From: Polyangiales bacterium
Lineage (GTDB): Bacteria; Myxococcota_A; Polyangia; Polyangiales; Polyangiaceae
Length of the DNA stretch: 64,000 bases
Direction of reading: 5' to 3'
Assembly (NCBI GenBank): GCA_038231275.1
Contig: JBBRLQ010000009.1
Coordinates: 64,001 to 128,000 of the forward strand
Shown here: piece by piece, positions 60,196 to 64,000 of the stretch
How positions within the stretch are numbered: position 1 is the first letter of the stretch
Layout of the letters: every line of letters begins with the position of its first letter
Made by a program: the position numbers and the translations under genes
Notes under the pieces: generated by a model
The model's database searches: none
The model's input: only the letters and a program-made list of their open reading frames with translations
Told to the model about the DNA's origin: nothing

Positions 60196-61706
60196 TTCGT
60201 CACCGCCACGGTCAGCCACAGCATCCCGCGGAAACGCTGCCCGACGAGCCTGTTCATCGAGTGATCGAACTCGAACGACGCACGCGCGCGCGGGGCGAAG
60301 ATGTAGCCGACGCCGGCCATGTACGCGAAGCTCGTCGCGCTGCGATCGGGGCGCAGCTTGTCCTCCCACTGGAAGAGCGACGTGCGCGCGGAGAAGAGGT
60401 AGCGCGTCTCGACCGTCCGTTCGCCGTAAATTTCGCCTCCGGCGCGATCGCCGCCGTCGCCGAAGTTGCCGGTCGCGCGCGCGCCGTAGATGCCTGCGCC
60501 GCTGCGGTAGCGCGCGCCGAGGGTGCCGCCCTCGTCGAACGGGGTGCCGTTGGACGGGTAGTAGTTGGGGTTCACCTGCGAGGTGATGTTGGGCGACGAG
60601 GTGTTCGAGTCGGACGACGTGCGGACGTTGTACATGCGCGCGTGCGCGGAGCCGGAGAGGGAGAGCTTCTCGCTCGCGTCGTAGACGCCGCGGATGCCGA
60701 AGTCGTTCATCGGCTCGCTCGCGAAGAAATTCCAGATCGAGTCGGCGTCGAACGTCGGCTGGTAGAAGTCGTAGTCGAGGCTCAAGGTGAGCCTGCGCGT
60801 CACGAAGGCGTCGACCGACGCGAAGACGCTCGCGAACTTCGCGAGGTACATGTCGTAGGCGAGGCCGCCCTTGAAGCCGCCGTAGTCGGCGTGCGTCGCG
60901 TCGATCGAGTAGCCGAGGCGCTCGCTCGAGACGCGTGAGCCGTTGTAGGTGACGGGCGTGGTGAGGCCGCTGGCGAACTGGGACGTGTTCACCTCGCCGG
61001 TGTTGAGGACGCGGCGGTACGACAAGCGGCCGTGCAGCCACGAGACGCCCGCGCTCTCCGCGGCGACGCCGATGGCCGGCGCGACGTCGCTCGGCTGGTA
61101 CGACGGGTACATCGACGGATCGAAATTCGAGCGATCGCCGCGCCACACGCCTTCACGCTCCCAGCGGGGCGTCGACAGCGGCATGCCGCCGCGCACCTCG
61201 AGGCCACCGTACGCCTCGACCGCCACGAACACGGGCGTGGTGACCTTGACCGACGCGCCGTCGAAGCTCCACCAGCCGAGCGCGTCGGTCGTGTATTGGC
61301 GACCGAGTTTGAAGCCGAGCCAACCCTTGAAGAAGCGGCGCCCTTCGACGTAGCCGTACATCAGGTCGACGGGGCCGCGCGTGAAGCCGGGGGTGTAGCG
61401 CGCGTAGTTGCCGGCGTCCTCTTCGGCGGAGCTCGCGCCGTAGTCGGCGTCGTAGCGCATGCGTGCGCGGAACGAGAGCTCGGGGCCGAGCGAGCCGTCG
61501 AGGGGCCGCTCGAACCAGAGGTTGTACGCGGCGACGCCCAGGGAGGTGGTGAAGCGGCGGCGCGACACGATGGTCTCGCCGGTGGGGCTGCGCATGTCGT
61601 AAAATTGGGTGGTCGTGTTGCTCGAGACCTCCACGTCCGCGGCGCGCGCGGGGGAGGCGGCAAACACCGCGACGGCGAGAATGGGGCTGACCCTGACGAG
61701 GCGCAT
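60192..61706 (-). CDS. Outer-membrane beta-barrel protein, putative cytochrome-associated porin
   Basis: Signal peptide (..SPARA|A); alternating aromatic/hydrophobic strands (KLGRQY, FDGASVKV, LSLDYDF, AGVGYIF); ATGA overlap with the cytochrome gene. Confidence 0.78.
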   Translation of the reverse strand: MRLVRVSPILAVAVFAASPARAADVEVSSNTTTQFYDMRSPTGETIVSRRRFTTSLGVAAYNLWFERPLDGSLGPELSFRARMRYDADYGASSAEEDAGNYARYTPGFTRGPVDLMYGYVEGRRFFKGWLGFKLGRQYTTDALGWWSFDGASVKVTTPVFVAVEAYGGLEVRGGMPLSTPRWEREGVWRGDRSNFDPSMYPSYQPSDVAPAIGVAAESAGVSWLHGRLSYRRVLNTGEVNTSQFASGLTTPVTYNGSRVSSERLGYSIDATHADYGGFKGGLAYDMYLAKFASVFASVDAFVTRRLTLSLDYDFYQPTFDADSIWNFFASEPMNDFGIRGVYDASEKLSLSGSAHARMYNVRTSSDSNTSSPNITSQVNPNYYPSNGTPFDEGGTLGARYRSGAGIYGARATGNFGDGGDRAGGEIYGERTVETRYLFSARTSLFQWEDKLRPDRSATSFAYMAGVGYIFAPRARASFEFDHSMNRLVGQRFRGMLWLTVAVTK

Positions 61707-61710
61707 CCGG

Positions 61711-62157
61711 CTACTGATCCGAAGCCCGCGCGCCGCCGAACTCGGCGACCAGCTTGTCATCGAACGTGTCCGCCACGGCCGAGACCTGACGGATCATCTG
61801 CTCGACCTCCCCTTGATCGAGCCCCTCGGTGGGACGCTCGCTCAGCGCCACGATGCGCTCGCCGATCTTGCCAAACGCGCTATTTCCGAGCCCGTTCGCG
61901 TTCAGCTCGAGGAGCCGGACGAAGAGCGCCTCGCGCTTCGGGGCCTCCGGCATCGTCATCACCGGGGAGACCACTCGGAGGAAAATCTGCCTCTGCGGCT
62001 CGCGACGGGCCAGCGCGATCAAGATCTGCGCGCTGCCGCGCTTCAGCGACCAGCTCGCGACGTCGGGCGCGTCTTTGCCTCGGACGGTGTCCGGATCGAC
62101 GCCGATCTTCTTGAGCGCCTCGTCCACGAGGCCCTTTGCAGTCGCGAAATCGTCCAC
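61711..62157 (-). CDS. YbjN/CesT-like (T3SS chaperone fold) protein
   Basis: WSLKRGSA, LRVVSPVM, LF.RLLELNA, R...GLD..E, ADTFDDKL..EFG; GGAGG SD. Confidence 0.78.
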   Translation of the reverse strand: MDDFATAKGLVDEALKKIGVDPDTVRGKDAPDVASWSLKRGSAQILIALARREPQRQIFLRVVSPVMTMPEAPKREALFVRLLELNANGLGNSAFGKIGERIVALSERPTEGLDQGEVEQMIRQVSAVADTFDDKLVAEFGGARASDQ

Positions 62158-62204
62158 GCCGCCTCCGTTTGCTTTCGCGAGAATCGAAGGCCCGGCGCTG
62201 GAAG

Positions 62205-63911
62205 TCAATCGGCTTTCGGGGAACGCCCGTCGAGGACCTCGCGGATCTTGAGCCACATGGCCTCGAGGGTGAAGGGCTTGGCGAGGTAGGGGGCGCTCGG
62301 GTCGAAACCCGCCGTGCCCTGCGGATCGCCGGACATGTAGATCGCGCGCGTCTCGGGGCGGACCGTCGCGAGGCGGCGGACGAGCTCGACTCCGCCCATC
62401 CCTGGCATGCGCAAATCGGTGAGCACGACGTCGACGGGTCCCTCTTGCTCCGCGCACGCGCGGAGCGCGTCCTCGCCGCTCTCGGCCGTGAGGACCCGAT
62501 AACCCGCGGTCCGCAGGCTGCGTTCGAGCGCGACGCGAACCGGCCGGCTGTCCTCGACCAGGAGCACCGTCTCGCCGCGTCCGCGCATCGGGCTGGGGCG
62601 CGGAACGAGCGAGACGGGCGAAGGAGGCCCAGCGCACGGCAGGTAAATCGTCACTGCGGTCCCGCGGCCGGGCCCCGTCGTCACGGCGATGTCGCCACCG
62701 CCTTGCTTCACGATGCCGTAGACCGTGGAGAGCCCGAGGCCAGTCGAGGCGCCGCCTTTCGTCGTGAAGAACGGTTCGAACATTCGGGACCGCGTCGCGT
62801 CGTCGATGCCCGCGCCCGTATCGCGAACGGTGATCTTGACGTAGACGCCGGGCGGCGCACCGAAAATCCGCGCGCTGCGCTCGGCGTCGAGAGCGGCGTT
62901 CGCGGTCTCGATCGTGACCGTCCCGTGTCCATCGACGAGCGCGGCACCGGCGTTGCCCACGAGGTTCATGAGCACCTGCTCGACTTGCGCGGCGTCGGCT
63001 TTGACGATGCGGAGATCCCGAGCGAGCGACTGCACGAGCTCGGCGTTGGCCCCGATGAGGCCGCGCAGCACCGGCGAGAGGAGCGTCGTCAGCGAGTTGA
63101 GGTCGAGGCGCGTCGGTCGAACGGGCTGCCGTCTCCCGAACGCCAGCAGCTGCTGCGTGAGCGCGCCGGCGCGCTGCGACGCGATCGCGATGTCGCGCAC
63201 CGCCGCATACGCCGCGTGGCTCTCGGCAAGGCACTCGGTCGCGTAGCCGGCGCTGCTCATGATCGCCGTCAGCAGGTTGTTGAACTCGTGCGCGACTCCG
63301 CCGGCCAACCGACCTACGGCATCCATCTTCTGTGCGACCCCGAGCTGCTCTTCGGCCCGCCGTTGCGCCGTAACGTCCGCCAAGATGACGCGGCACTCCT
63401 GCCCACCGTCCGCCGGCGCGAGCGTGCACCGGAGGCGCAGCGCCTCGGCTGCTTCGGCGGCGTCCGTGGCGAGGCTCGCCTCACTGGTCGTCTCGACGCC
63501 GTCCGCGAACGTCTTGTCGAGGGCGACCGCGAGCTCGGGCCGGTCCCGCGCGTCGAAGAAGAGGACGAGGCGTCGCTCGAGGAGTCGCGAGCGCTCCCCG
63601 CCCAGCATGCGCGCCGCGGCGAGGTTCAGCCTCGAAATCGATCCGTCGCGTCCAACCGAGAGGTAACCCACCGGCGCGAAGTCGTAGAGGCTCGCGTAGT
63701 CGGCGAGGCTCGCCTCGAGATCGGTCCGCGCGGCGACGAGCTCCTCGTTCTGGATCTCGAGCTCGATCTCGTGGACCTGGAGCTCGTGAACCAGTCGGCG
63801 CAGATCCGCGACGCGGGGACGAGCGGCGGTCGTCGCGCGCGCACGCATGCGCTCCTCCGCTCTCTGCCGGAGCGTGCTCGCCTTCGCGTCCCGCGGCCGG
63901 GCCTTCTTCAC
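62205..63911 (-). CDS. PAS hybrid histidine kinase with receiver domain
   Basis: HELQVHEIELEIQNEEL, LYDFAPVGY, GGVAHEFNN, FEPFFTTK, GLGL, REC domain. Confidence 0.92.
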   Translation of the reverse strand: MKKARPRDAKASTLRQRAEERMRARATTAARPRVADLRRLVHELQVHEIELEIQNEELVAARTDLEASLADYASLYDFAPVGYLSVGRDGSISRLNLAAARMLGGERSRLLERRLVLFFDARDRPELAVALDKTFADGVETTSEASLATDAAEAAEALRLRCTLAPADGGQECRVILADVTAQRRAEEQLGVAQKMDAVGRLAGGVAHEFNNLLTAIMSSAGYATECLAESHAAYAAVRDIAIASQRAGALTQQLLAFGRRQPVRPTRLDLNSLTTLLSPVLRGLIGANAELVQSLARDLRIVKADAAQVEQVLMNLVGNAGAALVDGHGTVTIETANAALDAERSARIFGAPPGVYVKITVRDTGAGIDDATRSRMFEPFFTTKGGASTGLGLSTVYGIVKQGGGDIAVTTGPGRGTAVTIYLPCAGPPSPVSLVPRPSPMRGRGETVLLVEDSRPVRVALERSLRTAGYRVLTAESGEDALRACAEQEGPVDVVLTDLRMPGMGGVELVRRLATVRPETRAIYMSGDPQGTAGFDPSAPYLAKPFTLEAMWLKIREVLDGRSPKAD

Positions 63912-64000
63912 GACTTGCCCTTCCGCCGGAGATTGGCCTCGAGCGCCTTCGCCGCACTGATGTCGAGGAACGTGATGACGGCGCCGTCGATCCGGTTGTC
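63908..64000 (-). CDS. C-terminus of a CheB/CheR-type fusion protein (PAS end), partial
   Basis: DNRIDGAVITFLDI motif, typical upstream of HELQVH-type kinases; GTGA overlap. Confidence 0.7.
   Translation of the reverse strand, partial: DNRIDGAVITFLDISAAKALEANLRRKGKS

Noticed and set aside
61711..62157. CesT-like protein as evidence of a type III secretion system
   Set aside because: No T3SS structural genes in the window; the fold also occurs standalone (YbjN).

Overview
High-GC (roughly 70% by eye) bacterial chromosome segment. Its gene content points to Myxococcota, most likely a Polyangiales (Polyangiaceae/Labilithrix-like) organism: many Cys-rich lipoproteins, Ser/Thr kinases, an FHA-sigma54 activator, PEGA/TPR proteins and a MYXO-CTERM-like tail. 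Housekeeping genes (glmU, murA, hisG, glnS, pgi) are interleaved with envelope and signalling modules. I saw no rRNA, tRNA, CRISPR array, integrase or transposase. The most notable items are: (1) a minus-strand cluster encoding a YbjN/CesT-like protein, an outer-membrane beta-barrel, a 13-heme cytochrome c, an 84-aa protein and an Ig-like/cytochrome c lipoprotein, resembling a porin-cytochrome conduit; (2) a sigma54-type promoter driving a small putative ssDNA-binding protein plus ComEA; (3) a DUF4331-like protein split into two separately exported halves; (4) a Ser/Thr kinase and FHA-sigma54 activator with two candidate target promoters that share an enhancer-like motif; (5) a giant lipoprotein coupled to a FadL-like barrel; (6) an intact and a collapsed nucleotidyltransferase two-gene module; (7) recurrent GG(G/A)GTC microsatellites; (8) repeated leaderless-mRNA signatures. 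All family assignments come from motif recognition by eye, not database searches.
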